This document shows positions 36,379 through 46,473 of a DNA stretch of 58,224 bases, piece by piece. Made by a program: the position numbers and the translations under genes. The notes beneath the pieces are model-generated. The model worked only from the letters and a program-made list of their open reading frames with translations. It searched no databases and was not told the DNA's origin. Position 1 is the stretch's first letter; every line of letters begins with the position of its first letter. Source of the DNA: a virus (Duplodnaviria; Caudoviricetes); IMG/VR virus record IMGVR_UViG_3300036761_003285, positions 1 through 58,224 of that record; one strand, given 5' to 3'.

Positions 36379-36694
36379 ACAACTTCAGCACTGCTTCGGG
36401 AAGTTGTATGATCATCGCGCCAAAGAGTGTCAGGTCTGCTGTTGCTCTCCTGAGTGCTGGAAAGAAACGGTGCCTTTACAAGGCCGCCCTGTAATCAAAA
36501 GTGGGTATGCTCTGGCGATTGCAAACATCATCTCGACGAAACGAAGAGCTACAGTGGAAGAGATCAAAGAGGAGTTGGTCAAGCGATTTGGGAAAGATGA
36601 ACGAAACATCTACTACTACCTGAGCATGCTCAAGAAAGAAGGATTGATTGATGTTCAGATTCGGGGTAGACAACGCTACTACACGGTGAGGTGA
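36371..36694 (+). CDS. Zn-finger/winged-helix protein
   Basis: CFGKLYD...ECQVC....EC; YYLSMLKKEGLI wHTH-like. Confidence 0.65.
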   Translation: MNEQLQHCFGKLYDHRAKECQVCCCSPECWKETVPLQGRPVIKSGYALAIANIISTKRRATVEEIKEELVKRFGKDERNIYYYLSMLKKEGLIDVQIRGRQRYYTVR

Positions 36695-36697
36695 GAA

Positions 36698-37384
36698 ATG
36701 AAAGTGGTTGAGATTTTTCAAACTATCCAAGGTGAAGGGCTCTTTTCTGGGGCTGTGACAGTTTTTGTGCGATTCGCGGGCTGCTCTCTCAGATGCCCTG
36801 AGTGCGATACCAAGTATGCCTGGGAAAACAAAGATATTCAGGAGGTTGGGGCCCCATTCGTTGTTGACAAGATCATCGATATCTCAGCTCGTCCTCGCCA
36901 CATCTGTATTACCGGCGGAGAGCCCCTCGAGCAACCCAAGAGTGACCTGTTCAACCTCCTTCAGATCTTCCATGGATGGGTCGGTAATAGGGGTCTTCAA
37001 TCAGTTGTAATTGAGACCAACGGTGCCCAAGATGTCAGCTGGGTGTTTGGCAAGCCATTCAGACCAATCACTCATTTGTCTGTTGACTACAAACTGCCCA
37101 GTTGCGGCAGAGAGGGAAGTATGCTGTTCAACAACTTCACCAAGTTGGGTAGTACGGATGTCATCAAGTTCGTCTGTGCAAACGTTGATGACGTCAACTA
37201 TGCCGGGATGGTACTGCAGAAACTCGCGGGCAACGTCGAAGCCTGTCCGGTGATTCTCTTTCACGCCCTTGGCGGGCAACCTGCAAATTGGCTTCCTCGA
37301 ATCATCTTGGGGTGGGAAGGCCTCCTCGAGCGATTTGACGTCCGGGTCGGTGTTCAGTTACACAAGTTGTATAAGGTGAGGTAA
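36698..37384 (+). CDS. queE: 7-carboxy-7-deazaguanine synthase (radical SAM)
   Basis: EIFQTIQGEG, FVRFAGCSLRCPECDT, ITGGEPL, IETNG, QLHK. Confidence 0.93.
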   Translation: MKVVEIFQTIQGEGLFSGAVTVFVRFAGCSLRCPECDTKYAWENKDIQEVGAPFVVDKIIDISARPRHICITGGEPLEQPKSDLFNLLQIFHGWVGNRGLQSVVIETNGAQDVSWVFGKPFRPITHLSVDYKLPSCGREGSMLFNNFTKLGSTDVIKFVCANVDDVNYAGMVLQKLAGNVEACPVILFHALGGQPANWLPRIILGWEGLLERFDVRVGVQLHKLYKVR

Positions 37385-37386
37385 TC

Positions 37387-37722
37387 ATGCCTGACGAGCA
37401 AATTCTGCTTCGGATGTTTTTCGAGAACGGACGAATCGAGACTCGCCCCCTTGCGTGGGTGCGAATAGTCAGCTGTCAAGAGGATTTTGACTTTGTTGAG
37501 GAGGAGGAAAAAGCAATAGTGGAAGGGGGAGGAGAGGTCTACATTGTTCTTGTGGAAAAGCTGATTTCGATACAGGTGTTCAAGGGGCATTTCACTAATG
37601 CAAGAGTTGAGCGAGAAGGTAATCGTCCAGGCAGTTATTCAGAGCGGCGACCTTACCCTTCACGGTCGTCTCGTTACTATCGAGATGACCAAAGAGGCCG
37701 TGATCAGGATGAACGAAGGTGA
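37387..37722 (+). CDS. Hypothetical protein
   Basis: GAGGT SD; coupled to queE. Confidence 0.6.
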   Translation: MPDEQILLRMFFENGRIETRPLAWVRIVSCQEDFDFVEEEEKAIVEGGGEVYIVLVEKLISIQVFKGHFTNARVEREGNRPGSYSERRPYPSRSSRYYRDDQRGRDQDERR

Positions 37723-38503
37723 GCGGTGGTCGGGGCAGTCAGCACTTCAACTCACTAGGCCAAGATCAATCCCAGTCACGAATAGACAGGTTGCCATTCA
37801 GAATCAGATAGGAAACGATAAGAAGTTTCATCACAAGAACTCCCTCCGAGCGACTGTCAACGAGAGGCTAGTAATCCAGGCCTGGAACCTGAGTCCTTAC
37901 ATTCAATCACAAGAGCGACGGCGCAAAGATCCTCGAAATCATCCTGTTCTCTTCAAGCAGATTTCAGCAGTCCTGCCGATTATCAGAAAGGCACTAAGAG
38001 ATATTGGTTTGGAGAAGATTGATGAGCAGATAGTAAAGTACTTCGAGTACTGTGGGTCAGGCCGCCATATCCAAGATGGCCGAAGTTATGGGTTCAAGAG
38101 TCTGGGGGGTTTCTTGGAGAAGCTCCTTACCGTCACGAAGGAAAAGTCGGTAGCTTGGTGGGACGAAGGAGAGGCAGAGAGTGGAGTACAAGACGATCCC
38201 TTGACTAAACGAATTGCAGAGTCGTTTGAGATGACCTTTGCAGAAAACTCAGGGTTAGTTGCTCAGCTTGATGAAAAAGGTTGGCAGCACTTCAGCAGGT
38301 CAGCAGTAAAGATACGTCGCTTCATCGACAGGCAGAAGAGGCGAGGAGTAGCTTTTACTGAAGGCGAAATGATTGCACATCTTCTTGAGTGTATCGACGA
38401 GACATTTGCCATGAAGGGTGAGTCGGTGTATCCCGCACATGTCAGCTCCGATGCGGTCTGGGCCCTGCTATCTCAATTGCTGTCTGAGAAAGGCATAGTC
38501 TGA
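37709..38503 (+). CDS. Hypothetical protein upstream of helicase (start uncertain; ORF opens at 37598)
   Basis: Long ORF whose stop overlaps the helicase ATG. Confidence 0.65.
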   Translation: MNEGERWSGQSALQLTRPRSIPVTNRQVAIQNQIGNDKKFHHKNSLRATVNERLVIQAWNLSPYIQSQERRRKDPRNHPVLFKQISAVLPIIRKALRDIGLEKIDEQIVKYFEYCGSGRHIQDGRSYGFKSLGGFLEKLLTVTKEKSVAWWDEGEAESGVQDDPLTKRIAESFEMTFAENSGLVAQLDEKGWQHFSRSAVKIRRFIDRQKRRGVAFTEGEMIAHLLECIDETFAMKGESVYPAHVSSDAVWALLSQLLSEKGIV

Positions 38504-39945
38504 TGGTAGAGAAGAAAGAACTCACTGTCCACATCCAGGATAGTATTGCCTTTCTGGCTATTACCTCTACTGAGTTTCTCAAAATCGTTCGCAACGCACT
38601 CCGTGTTGATCTTCTTCCATCCGATCCGATCTATTACACGTTGAAGACGTGTTACAACTACTTCGATCTCACCAGAGAAGCCCCAGGAGATCACTTCTGT
38701 GATGCCTTGGATCAGAGTTTGATTGGTATAGAGGAGAAAAAGAAGGAGATCGTCTTTGGATTTGTTGATCGCATTTCGCAGATGCGACCTCCAAACACTG
38801 ATTATGTCGTATCTCGCCTGAATGAATATGTGAAGACCAGGGAGTTTGAGCACGCCGCTCTGGAGTTTGTGCGCCTTGTCGATCGAAAGCAGTTCAAGCA
38901 GGCAGAGTTGATCATGTACAATGCGCTTCGTGCTGGAGTAGAGAGAGAAAACATTGGACTTGATTACTTCAAAGATCTCAACTTCGAAAGTCGTCGGCTA
39001 CACAAACAGGCCATAATGAGGTTGGGGCTGAAGCATTTTGACATCTACCGGCAGTTTCATCGCAAAGAGCTTGTCTGTGTTCTAGGTGGAATGAAAGGCA
39101 AGAAATCTTGGGCCGGGCATCATTTCGGTGTGCAAGCACTGATGCACGGCCTGAATGTGCTCCATATCAGCCATGAGAATTCTGAGGAGGAATGCGAGGA
39201 GAGGTATGACCGGATGGCGGGGGCGATCGCCAACGACAAGTTTGAGTTTGACCCTGTTACCATTCGATTCTATGACGAAGAGCATCAGACTCTGGCGTCG
39301 GAGAAGCGAATGCGACCTTGTATCAAGGACTCGGCTGCTCGGACGGAGGCTCGCCGTCTACTGCAGAAGTTTGGCGGTCGATTGATCATCAAGAAGTATC
39401 CGATGTACTTTGCGGACATGCGAGAGGTTGAGCGCCACATGGACTATCTAGAGACGTTCGAAGGCTTCGTTCCTGATCTGTTGATCAACGACTATCCGGA
39501 TGTTCAGAAGCCCCTGGATGGCAAAAAAGTTACCAGAGATCAGGTGAACGAGACCTATATGTACAACAAGCGATTGGTAGACGAGCGAAACATGCTTGGG
39601 CTGGTTTTTTCGCAAGCTACAAGAGCAGCGATCAGGGCCAAGCGATTGACCCGGAAAGACTTTGCCGAGGACATCCGTAAACTTGCCAACGTCGACACTG
39701 CAATCGGTGTTTGCCAGACAGATGCTCAGGCAAAGATGGATATCGCTACACTGTTCGTGATTGCTGCTCGTGTTGGTGTAGAGGATGTGGGGTGCGGAAT
39801 AGTGATGAATCTAGATATTGGCCAGTTCGCTTCTGATAGCTTTCCAGTGAAGTTTGGGGTTGAGGTGGCAGACGAGGACAAAGAGAAGGACAAGAAGAGT
39901 GGAGCTGATAAGTCAGAGCGACGCAAAGAGACTGACAAGGGATGA
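38503..39945 (+). CDS. Replicative DnaB-like helicase
   Basis: Variant Walker A GGMKGKKS; HISHE; INDYPD; SQA; EDIRK. Confidence 0.8.
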   Translation: MVEKKELTVHIQDSIAFLAITSTEFLKIVRNALRVDLLPSDPIYYTLKTCYNYFDLTREAPGDHFCDALDQSLIGIEEKKKEIVFGFVDRISQMRPPNTDYVVSRLNEYVKTREFEHAALEFVRLVDRKQFKQAELIMYNALRAGVERENIGLDYFKDLNFESRRLHKQAIMRLGLKHFDIYRQFHRKELVCVLGGMKGKKSWAGHHFGVQALMHGLNVLHISHENSEEECEERYDRMAGAIANDKFEFDPVTIRFYDEEHQTLASEKRMRPCIKDSAARTEARRLLQKFGGRLIIKKYPMYFADMREVERHMDYLETFEGFVPDLLINDYPDVQKPLDGKKVTRDQVNETYMYNKRLVDERNMLGLVFSQATRAAIRAKRLTRKDFAEDIRKLANVDTAIGVCQTDAQAKMDIATLFVIAARVGVEDVGCGIVMNLDIGQFASDSFPVKFGVEVADEDKEKDKKSGADKSERRKETDKG

Positions 39946-41422
39946 TTTTCGGTTCATCTTTGAAGGGACAAAGCTCAAAACCGAGCCGATGGTCCATCAG
40001 TACGCGTCAATGCTCTGGAGTCTGTATCGAGACCGGGTAATCTTCTTCCACGCGATAGGTACAGGGAAAACACTTGCTGCTCTTTACACCAATCTGCTGT
40101 GGAAGGTGAAGCGGACCTTGGTTGTCTGTCCCTGCTCGGTAGTGAAGACTTGGATTGATGAGATTGAAAAGCACACCGATCTCGGACATACGGTTCTCAC
40201 CGGACCAGCAGAAGAGCGCAGGGCGATGACGGAAGAGTCGAAGTCACCGATTCACATTATCAACTATGAGGGACTCAAGCTGGTGTATGGAAAGAGAGTT
40301 CCACGAAAGCCAGCACAGCACCAAGACCCAGATGAGCGGATGCCAACTAGATGGGTAGCAGACAAAGAGTTGATTGAACGATGCTCTTATGATTCGCTTG
40401 TCTTTGATGAGTGCCATCACCTTAAGAACTGGGATTCCATCCAGACCACCATTGCACACTTTCTTGCTCGCCAAGTACAGAAGATTATACTGCTTACAGG
40501 TACTCCAATGGCAAGGGATATTCGAGACTTCTGGGCGGAGCTGATGGTACTTGACAATGGGGCAACTCTGGGGCCGAATCTCTTTGAGTTTCTCCACACG
40601 TACATGAATCGCGTGCAGTTCAAAGTGAAGAACAGACACTTCTACGAGTGGTTCCCGAAGAAAGGGTCAATGGAGACTATCGTTGAGAAGGTAGCCCCGG
40701 TTGCAATCAGATATGACACCGAAGAGTGTGCTGATCTTCCAGAGGTGATCTACGAGCGGCGGTACATTGAAGTCACTGCTGAGCAACGAAAACTAATCAA
40801 TGTGGTCATGGCGGGGTTGAAGGAAGATCTGAAGCAGCTCAAACTGGATAGGTCGAAGCTCCTGAACAAAGCAGCAAAACTGGCCCAGATTGCATCAGGA
40901 TTCATGCTCCTTGACAATGATCAGGAGATGTTTCTGAAGTCGAATCCAAAGATGGATGAGCTGGTAGGTCTGCTACTCATCGAAATTCCTGGCAAGTGTA
41001 TTGTCTTTCACAACTTCGTTGCTGTGGGGCGGATGATAGAGCAAGCACTGAAAAAGCACAACCTCAAGTTCAGGTCGTTGCGAGGAGAGATCAAGAACAA
41101 GTTGGAGCAGATCGACGATTTTCAGAAAGACCCGTCGGTGAAAGTGCTGGTTGCCAATTCGCAATCAGGAGGAGAGGGTCTTAATCTACAAGTGGCAAAT
41201 GTTATCATCTATTTCGACCAGATCTGGAGTCCAATCGCTCGGTCACAGTGCGACGGCCGGGTGGTGCGAACAGGGCAGAAGCAGCACTGTCTGATCATTG
41301 ACCTATTGCAGAGCCTCTCTTCAAAGACGCAGAGCATCGACGAGCGGATACACAACAGCTGCAGAGATAAGCAGGACATCTGCGAGAACGTCCTGCAGTA
41401 TATCAGAGACTACGATGATTGA
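39899..41422 (+). CDS. SNF2-family helicase
   Basis: HQ, IGTGKT, INYEGL, DECH, LTGTP, GEGLNLQ, Q.DGRVVRTGQ; start approximate. Confidence 0.93.
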   Translation: MELISQSDAKRLTRDDFRFIFEGTKLKTEPMVHQYASMLWSLYRDRVIFFHAIGTGKTLAALYTNLLWKVKRTLVVCPCSVVKTWIDEIEKHTDLGHTVLTGPAEERRAMTEESKSPIHIINYEGLKLVYGKRVPRKPAQHQDPDERMPTRWVADKELIERCSYDSLVFDECHHLKNWDSIQTTIAHFLARQVQKIILLTGTPMARDIRDFWAELMVLDNGATLGPNLFEFLHTYMNRVQFKVKNRHFYEWFPKKGSMETIVEKVAPVAIRYDTEECADLPEVIYERRYIEVTAEQRKLINVVMAGLKEDLKQLKLDRSKLLNKAAKLAQIASGFMLLDNDQEMFLKSNPKMDELVGLLLIEIPGKCIVFHNFVAVGRMIEQALKKHNLKFRSLRGEIKNKLEQIDDFQKDPSVKVLVANSQSGGEGLNLQVANVIIYFDQIWSPIARSQCDGRVVRTGQKQHCLIIDLLQSLSSKTQSIDERIHNSCRDKQDICENVLQYIRDYDD

Positions 41423-41450
41423 TTTGTAAGTTAGAAGAGGAGACAGAAAA

Positions 41451-41651
41451 ATGTATTGTACAAAGTGCCACTTTGGATCTGAGATCTGCAAGTTTCCGTC
41501 AATTGGAGAGGAAAAAAGGAGAAAGGACGGGTCGACGTTCACTGCTTATCTGTTCCGCTGTCCTCAGTGTGGCTGTCTTGACAAGAGCCACTTGCGTACG
41601 AAGCCCCACGGCGTCCAGACGAGGAAGAATGATCGCAAAACTGGAGATTGA
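41451..41651 (+). CDS. Small Zn-ribbon protein
   Basis: CTKC and CPQC; GAGGAG upstream. Confidence 0.6.
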   Translation: MYCTKCHFGSEICKFPSIGEEKRRKDGSTFTAYLFRCPQCGCLDKSHLRTKPHGVQTRKNDRKTGD

Positions 41652-42837
41652 GAACTTTCAGTCGCATGAAAGTTCTGCCTTGGACTTTTGCCCGGGTGTT
41701 AACGTAATCGTTGGCAGCAGTGACAGTGGCAAGAGTGCGATTCTTCGGGCAATCTACTGGGTACTTTACAACCGGCCCGCAACTACATCAATCATTCGCA
41801 ACGGGTCAGGGACAACGGGGAGCCGAGGAGCGTCGCGGCTTGGTACAGCCCGAGTAGACCTATCAGTGGTTCGAAAGGACGGCATTGCCGGCAAGGTGGG
41901 CAGAGTTCGCGGCCATGAGGCTAACCAGTACTTCGTCGACGCCAAGAAGTTTTCGGCAATCGGCAAGGATATTCCAGAAGAGGTACTGCATATTCTCAAT
42001 CTGGACAAGATCAACGTTCAGCGTCAGCTCGATCTGCCCTATCTTCTACTTGACCCATCAGGAGAAGTGGCCCTCACCTTCAACAAGTTCACTAATCTGG
42101 ATCAAATTGACAAGCTTATTCTCCTCATTGGAGTAGAGATGAGAGACGCCCAGGCGGGGAAGAAGTTTGCCGAGGAGACTCTCGCAAAGCTGTCGGAAGA
42201 GCTGAAGAAGTTTGAGTCTGTCGATAACTTGGAGGCTCTTGTTGGCGCCTTCGAAGAGGTTGACAAGGAGATTCAGGAGAAGACAGCGAAGGAATCTCGT
42301 TTGACCGAAGCTGCTGATACCATCGTCGAGGTGAAAGCTGAAAGAGACTCCAATCTCTCCAGACTTACCGACTGTAACATTCTGCTTTCGAAATTGCTGG
42401 CCAAGAGAGATGACCTGGTTGCAATGAAGGCGTCGATTGATGCGATAAGTAAATGTCGAGATGACTGTCTGACACTTGCCAGTAACATCCGAAGTACCCG
42501 GGGGAGAATAGACGAGATCAATAAGTACCTGCCTGGCAGGATAGAGCAGATGGATAGCCTCAAGAAGGCCGTTGTACACGGTCGCATGCTAGAAGAGGTA
42601 GAAGGATCGATCTCTCAAGTTTCTTTGAAGAGGTCGAGGGTATGCAACTTGCGTGACATTGTGGATAGTCTGTCCGGTCAGCTCGACGTGCTGGATGAAA
42701 ACACGATTGGTCACAGAGTTCTACTTGATGATGCTAGGAAAGAGCTCGCATCTGTAGATATTTGTATTCTGTGCGGGCAGAAGCTTGCAACAGATGAAGC
42801 CAAGGCGACAATGCTTGCGAACGTGAGGAAGGCATGA
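41629..42837 (+). CDS. SbcC/Rad50 N-terminal half
   Basis: IENFQSH, GSSDSGKS Walker A, Q-loop, coiled coil, ends at CILC Zn-hook. Confidence 0.9.
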   Translation: MIAKLEIENFQSHESSALDFCPGVNVIVGSSDSGKSAILRAIYWVLYNRPATTSIIRNGSGTTGSRGASRLGTARVDLSVVRKDGIAGKVGRVRGHEANQYFVDAKKFSAIGKDIPEEVLHILNLDKINVQRQLDLPYLLLDPSGEVALTFNKFTNLDQIDKLILLIGVEMRDAQAGKKFAEETLAKLSEELKKFESVDNLEALVGAFEEVDKEIQEKTAKESRLTEAADTIVEVKAERDSNLSRLTDCNILLSKLLAKRDDLVAMKASIDAISKCRDDCLTLASNIRSTRGRIDEINKYLPGRIEQMDSLKKAVVHGRMLEEVEGSISQVSLKRSRVCNLRDIVDSLSGQLDVLDENTIGHRVLLDDARKELASVDICILCGQKLATDEAKATMLANVRKA

Positions 42838-43796
42838 AGTTACTGCTGATAAGTGATATCCATGCACGGTATCTGCCACCGATCAACAGAACCGAAAAGG
42901 ACTTCTTTGCTGAGGCAGTTATTAACAAGCTCTATCAGGTACTGGAGATCGCAAGGCAGCGGCAGTGTAGAGTGATTCTTCAAGCCGGAGACCTCTTTGA
43001 CAACCCGAACCCGAGTAAGTATGTGATCGCTTCACTCATGCGATTGTTCAAGTCTTTCGACATTCCAATCTTGACTGTGCTTGGGCAGCATGATATGGTG
43101 ATGCGAAACTTTGATGCTGTCAACAGGACCGGAACATACCTGTTAGAGGCTGGAGAAGCGGTGGCGATACTCGGACTCATGCAATGTCAACACAGGATCG
43201 TCTTGCTTGACGACATACTGGTTCACGGGCTGAACTTTGAGCAAGACTTTGATTTGCCAGTACCAGATACGAGTCGAAGGAACATCTTGATTGCTCATGC
43301 TTCAGTAGGGACGGACCCATTGTTTCCCGGCCATGTCATCCAATCACCAAGGGAGTTTATCAGGAAGAACCCGGGTTACGAGATGATACTTGTGGGTGAT
43401 TATCACTACACTTTCGAAGATGAGTGGAAGGGATGCAAGATATACAACACCGGATGCATGATTCGCAAGACGATCAAGCAGGAAGATCTGAACCACCGTC
43501 CTTGTGTGTTTGTCTACGATACAGAAACTCATTCAGCCGAGAAGGTCTTTCTGAAAATCAGCCCTGTTGAGGTTGCCTTCTCAATCAACAGAGCGGAGAA
43601 GAAAGACGATACGAAGCTGAAACGCTTCATTGAGATCCTATCCGAGCAGAAGCAGTTGTCGGTGTCGTTTGATGACAATCTTCGAGTCTATTATCAGAAC
43701 AACCAAGTGCCCGATGCGGTGAAGAAGCTGATTGCGGCGAAGATGTATCAGGTTGGCCTGATAGGGACAAGTGAGTTTAGAGAAGTGACAAAGTGA
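42834..43796 (+). CDS. SbcD/Mre11 nuclease
   Basis: SDIH, AGDLFD, GQHD, GDYH metallophosphoesterase motifs. Confidence 0.92.
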   Translation: MKLLLISDIHARYLPPINRTEKDFFAEAVINKLYQVLEIARQRQCRVILQAGDLFDNPNPSKYVIASLMRLFKSFDIPILTVLGQHDMVMRNFDAVNRTGTYLLEAGEAVAILGLMQCQHRIVLLDDILVHGLNFEQDFDLPVPDTSRRNILIAHASVGTDPLFPGHVIQSPREFIRKNPGYEMILVGDYHYTFEDEWKGCKIYNTGCMIRKTIKQEDLNHRPCVFVYDTETHSAEKVFLKISPVEVAFSINRAEKKDDTKLKRFIEILSEQKQLSVSFDDNLRVYYQNNQVPDAVKKLIAAKMYQVGLIGTSEFREVTK

Positions 43797-43987
43797 AACA
43801 GGCAGTCAAATGTGTACTTTTCTTTACTGCTGGCACGCTGATACTTCTAAGCACACCGCTTTTTGTGCTCATTGGGCTACTTCTAGTCCTAGGTATGTAC
43901 ATGGATGAAAGGATCGAATATGGACGTCAAAGAAATTCAGAAGCGGATCGACGATCTCCAGACTGTGATCAAGCAGGAGGAGAATAA
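43793..43987 (+). CDS. Small membrane protein
   Basis: Hydrophobic N-half; GTGA coupling. Confidence 0.5.
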   Translation: MKQAVKCVLFFTAGTLILLSTPLFVLIGLLLVLGMYMDERIEYGRQRNSEADRRSPDCDQAGGE

Positions 43988-44171
43988 CCGAGCAAAACTT
44001 GAAGGGCGGCTTCAGGAGCTGCAGTTGCAACTCGAGAAGGAGTTCAGCGTTAAGACGAGTGACGAAGTCTCGGCACTGATCACCAAGCTCGATTCTGAGC
44101 TGAAGGCGCTGGGCGAGGAGCGATTGCATATCATGGAAGAGTTGGATAAACTTTTGGCAGGGTCAAAGTGA
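43920..44171 (+). CDS. Small coiled-coil protein
   Basis: Heptad-rich; lies between SbcD and the SbcC C-half. Confidence 0.7.
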   Translation: MDVKEIQKRIDDLQTVIKQEENNRAKLEGRLQELQLQLEKEFSVKTSDEVSALITKLDSELKALGEERLHIMEELDKLLAGSK

Positions 44172-44770
44172 CCAGTTACAGAGAGACACTGAACAAGCTC
44201 AAGGGAATGCGAGACATCTATCGTCAGCAGCATCAGGATGCTGAGAAGAAGATCTTGTCTCTGTCTCAGCAGATAGCTGAGCTTGAATCTGCCAGAGAGG
44301 TCGTTAACTCCGTGATGGTCGCAACACAGAGTACTGTCAAGGGCTTCATCGAAGAGGTCGTATCCTTGGCACTCAAGACCGTGTTCGGTGATACCTATGC
44401 TCTGAAAGTAGCCTATGAGATCAAACGCAACAAGCCCGAAGCTTCGCTGATGATCCTGAAGGATGGCATTGAGTTTGATCCAACTGATGAAGTCGGCGGG
44501 GGAGTAATTGACGTTGCCGCACTTGGCCTGCGAATGGCAATGTGGGCCTTGGCCAACCCCAAACCGGAGCCAGTACTTATTCTTGACGAGCCTGGAAAGT
44601 TTGTATCCAGGGACTTGATCGAAGAGTTTGGCAAGATGATCAAGATTTGTTCGGAAATGCTCAGCCTACAGATCATTATGGTTTCTCATGATCCAGCGAT
44701 GATCGCCGTTGCTGACCGCTCGTTTGAGGTGACCCAAACCAACGGCGTGTCAAAGGTGAACGTTGTATAA
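44168..44770 (+). CDS. SbcC/Rad50 C-terminal half
   Basis: GGGVIDVAALGLR signature, LILDEPG Walker B, VSHD H-loop. Confidence 0.9.
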   Translation: MTSYRETLNKLKGMRDIYRQQHQDAEKKILSLSQQIAELESAREVVNSVMVATQSTVKGFIEEVVSLALKTVFGDTYALKVAYEIKRNKPEASLMILKDGIEFDPTDEVGGGVIDVAALGLRMAMWALANPKPEPVLILDEPGKFVSRDLIEEFGKMIKICSEMLSLQIIMVSHDPAMIAVADRSFEVTQTNGVSKVNVV

Positions 44771-44818
44771 CCATATGTCTAGTCAGTCCTCAGTAATAGT
44801 TGGTTGTTCCTTGGTGCC

Positions 44819-44860
44819 GGGGCGGTCGTTCGTGACTGGCGATCGCCCCTTCCTACTTTT
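44819..44860 (+). terminator. Putative intrinsic terminator
   Basis: GGGGCGGTCGTT...GGCGATCGCCCC stem (G-U pairs) then TTCCTACTTTT. Confidence 0.55.
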
Positions 44861-44885
44861 ACGACCTGATCTGTAAGAACAATCA

Positions 44886-45602
44886 ATGACCACTCTCCTG
44901 ACAGTTGACTGGGACTACTTCATAGACGAAGATCCCATGTGGGATCTGGGTCACAAAGAATCAGTGACGCATCTTGACCTGATCTGGAGAGCTAGAGGAA
45001 ATCTAATTGGGAAGATGCACACGACGGGAGTGGAGAAGTCCTTCTGGAAGAAGTTGCCAGTCACTACAGATTGTCCTGTATTTGTATCTGACTCTCACTG
45101 CTTTGCCTATGAGTTTGCTAAGCAAGTTGATCATGTACTTCTTGTGGATCGGCATCATGATTGCTGGCCGGCGGAGAAGAACAGAATCGAATGCGATACT
45201 TGGCTCGGTGAGTGGTTGCGTCGGCGTGCCAAGCGAAAGGTTACCTGGTTGCGGCCGAAGAATGCGAAGATGATCTATGAGGTCCCCAAAGTGTTTGATA
45301 CCAGATTCATTGTGACAGATGATATCATGACTATCCAGCCCTATGTAGCGGAGATAGTTCACATCTGCAGAAGTGGTTGCTGGTGTCCGCCGTGGCTCGA
45401 CATTGACTTTGTCAACTTCCTCAAAGATCTCCGCCCGCTGAAGGATGTCGTATCTATTCCTCAAGAGGCCAAAGACACGAAGTGGAATCCAATCAAGTTC
45501 AGATGGTCTCTTGAGGAGTTTAAGCAGGCGCGCGAAGCGGCCAAGGTGATCGAAGTTGGCAAGAAGGAGGATCTTGATGTCGATCGACGAATTGCTCCAT
45601 GA
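44886..45602 (+). CDS. UPF0489/arginase-fold-like metal-binding protein
   Basis: VDWDYF, DSH, VDRHHD, ICRS..WCPP. Confidence 0.5.
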   Translation: MTTLLTVDWDYFIDEDPMWDLGHKESVTHLDLIWRARGNLIGKMHTTGVEKSFWKKLPVTTDCPVFVSDSHCFAYEFAKQVDHVLLVDRHHDCWPAEKNRIECDTWLGEWLRRRAKRKVTWLRPKNAKMIYEVPKVFDTRFIVTDDIMTIQPYVAEIVHICRSGCWCPPWLDIDFVNFLKDLRPLKDVVSIPQEAKDTKWNPIKFRWSLEEFKQAREAAKVIEVGKKEDLDVDRRIAP

Positions 45603-45786
45603 TCTTCCTCTGACCTGGCGGGTGGCGTTACAGCAGAGTGACACACCCTCGGCATCTGGCAAGTGGTGGTGTCATATCACCACGACAAAGTCAGTTATGA
45701 CGCTTGCTCTTGGACCTTACAAAGACACTCCAAATGAGGCACTAGTATGTGCCCTGGACATGGCGCTGGAAAGCGATCCAAAGTGA
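45577..45786 (+). CDS. Hypothetical protein
   Basis: AAGGAGG SD before ATG 45577. Confidence 0.6.
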   Translation: MSIDELLHDLPLTWRVALQQSDTPSASGKWWCHITTTKSVMTLALGPYKDTPNEALVCALDMALESDPK

Positions 45787-46280
45787 TTGACCGCCAGACA
45801 ATCTTTTCTCCAGACAGAGTCTACCGCTACACTCTCTGGCGGGAGTGGGATATCCTCAATCATGATTATGCAATGTTCATTGGACTCAATCCGTCGACTG
45901 CTGACGAGACGAAGAATGATCCTACAGTGCGAAGGTGTATCGGCTTCGCCAAAGCTTTTGGATTTGGGGCATTGTGTATGATGAATCTGTTTGCTTACAG
46001 GGCGACGAAACCAGAAGATATGATGAATCATCCAGATCCTGTTGGTTCAGACAACGACAAGTGGCTTCAGGAGTGTGCGAGAGAAGCAAAGGTTGTCGTT
46101 GCGGCCTGGGGCACACTCGGAGCATACATTGATCGAGATATTGCTGTCTGTCGTTTGATTCCGAATCTCAAGTGTCTTTGCCCAAGAGAAAAGAGTCTTC
46201 CACCACATCCTTTGTACCTTCCGTCTGATTCTACACTGATTGACTTTCAGCCGAGGAGTTTAGATGCCCAAACTTACTGA
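45783..46280 (+). CDS. DUF1643 family protein
   Basis: YRYTLWREW, IGLNPSTAD..NDPTVRRC, NLFAYRAT.P, AAWG, HPLY. Confidence 0.9.
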   Translation: MIDRQTIFSPDRVYRYTLWREWDILNHDYAMFIGLNPSTADETKNDPTVRRCIGFAKAFGFGALCMMNLFAYRATKPEDMMNHPDPVGSDNDKWLQECAREAKVVVAAWGTLGAYIDRDIAVCRLIPNLKCLCPREKSLPPHPLYLPSDSTLIDFQPRSLDAQTY

Positions 46281-46473
46281 TCAATCCCCAATGCCATTTG
46301 GCAAGTACAAGGGCAGAAAGATGGAAGATGTACCAGCAACGTACTTGAAGTGGCTGATGGAGGAACCTTGGATAGGGGATTGGCCAGATGTACTTGATTA
46401 TCTGGAGCAGAATGTAGCGGCTATTGAAGCCGAGCTTAAAGATCAAGGATACTACGAAGGCTGGGAAAGATAG
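46264..46473 (+). CDS. DUF3820/ExoX C-terminal-like small protein
   Basis: MPFGKYKG...VPATYLKWL. Confidence 0.8.
   Translation: MPKLTDQSPMPFGKYKGRKMEDVPATYLKWLMEEPWIGDWPDVLDYLEQNVAAIEAELKDQGYYEGWER

Noticed and set aside
36698-37384. Second radical SAM gene as part of the virion island
   Set aside because: Motifs are those of QueE; it is explained by the deazaguanine pathway.
28614-41422. Inteins or introns in polymerase, RecA or helicases
   Set aside because: Lengths are ordinary and no splice-junction or homing endonuclease motifs were seen.
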